From positions 185,692 through 249,691 of the forward strand of contig NMRA01000495.1 of the NCBI GenBank assembly GCA_002633005.1: a stretch of DNA of 64,000 nt, written 5' to 3'. The notes below the pieces were generated by a model. It did not search any database. It saw nothing but the letters and a program-made list of their open reading frames with translations, and was not told the origin of the DNA. This DNA is from Phoronis australis (lineage: Eukaryota > Animalia > Phoronida). Position numbers and translations under genes: made by a program. Below are positions 63,111-64,000 of the stretch, in pieces (positions within the stretch are counted from its first letter, which is position 1; each line of letters starts with the position of its first letter).

Positions 63111-64000
63111 ATCCGCAGGGCATACAGGGGCGATAGTACATCCCCACGAAAAGTTACTTATTTCAAAATGCAGCAAATATACTCGGGAATCCAATGGTCG
63201 TCCGCCTAAGCATAAAGTCGGCTTGTTGTCGTACTCACCCAATTATTCCATTTCAAAGTTATGCTCTGAATAGGATTTGATTTAACTCTCACAAATATAT
63301 AGTATTCTTTGATTCAAACGTTTTCTTTTACTTAAGCCGAGTTGTTCAACTGTGCATTGCTTTTCGGCAGCCATTTTATAATGACTTCTATGGTCGTCAT
63401 ATGCTGCCGTTTTTTGAAAGGACAGAAAACCACACAGAAAAAGGCCAAGAAAATAGTGGAAAGTGGTTTACAGCAACTCTACTTCAACCACAAACTGTTT
63501 TACTGGTATGATATCGATTTTTAAATCGATTAAAATTGATTTAGAATTTCAGTTCTGGAAAATAAATCACAATTGTTTTATTCCAGATAGACCTTGCTTA
63601 TTTTGTATTTGTGACCTCTTTGACTTTTTGCTCTTGTTGTTCTTAACACCACTTATCTCTGCTGTCCTTCTTTTTCTTTTCGGTTTCTCTTCATTCTCTG
63701 TTAACATCTTGTCAGCCAAAACAGAACTGTAACCCTTTGAGACTAGGTCGGCGGAAGTTGATCATTGAACCTCGATACAATTGTTCTAATAAATTACCCA
63801 TAATCGTATTGTTTGATTTTTTTCTCATCTTTAACAGGCTTCTGCAATCATAAATAAATAACTAAATACCCAAGTTGCATTTGAATTTTATTGCTCAATA
63901 TCTTCTTTTATTTTTGATTATGTCATGCTGTGTTGTATGTAACAATGCATTATAGTGAAATAAAGTCAATGTTTTACTTTATTGGTGGCCATTCTCTATC

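Overview
Eukaryotic genomic DNA, AT-rich and intron- and transposon-rich, consistent with a marine invertebrate draft assembly. It has one ~600-N gap and two single-N joins. By hand-splicing GT-AG exons with consistent phases I support four genes and one nested candidate. (1) A large minus-strand secreted or cell-surface protein gene (signal peptide, LDLa, EGF, Ser/Thr mucin-like region, Notch-like EGF array) that runs off the left edge. (2) A plus-strand ~195-aa candidate ending in a CaaX box, nested in one of its introns. (3) ATPAF1/ATP11, head-to-head with gene 1. (4) An endoglycoceramidase-like GH5 enzyme with one coding exon, tail-to-tail with ATPAF1. (5) An ApoD-like lipocalin on the minus strand. 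Two tandem near-identical blocks flanking N joins look like uncollapsed haplotypes. The rest is mostly TTAA-flanked Kolobok-like elements with THAP remnants, MITEs, LINE fragments, tandem repeats and a 1.9-kb-arm inverted repeat. The most unusual object is a 633-bp insertion (34057-34689), absent from the duplicate copy. It has a 4-bp TSD, a tRNA-Ser PBS and a PPT, but two unrelated LTR-like ends, one of which carries tRNA A/B boxes. All calls come from reading the sequence; no searches were run.
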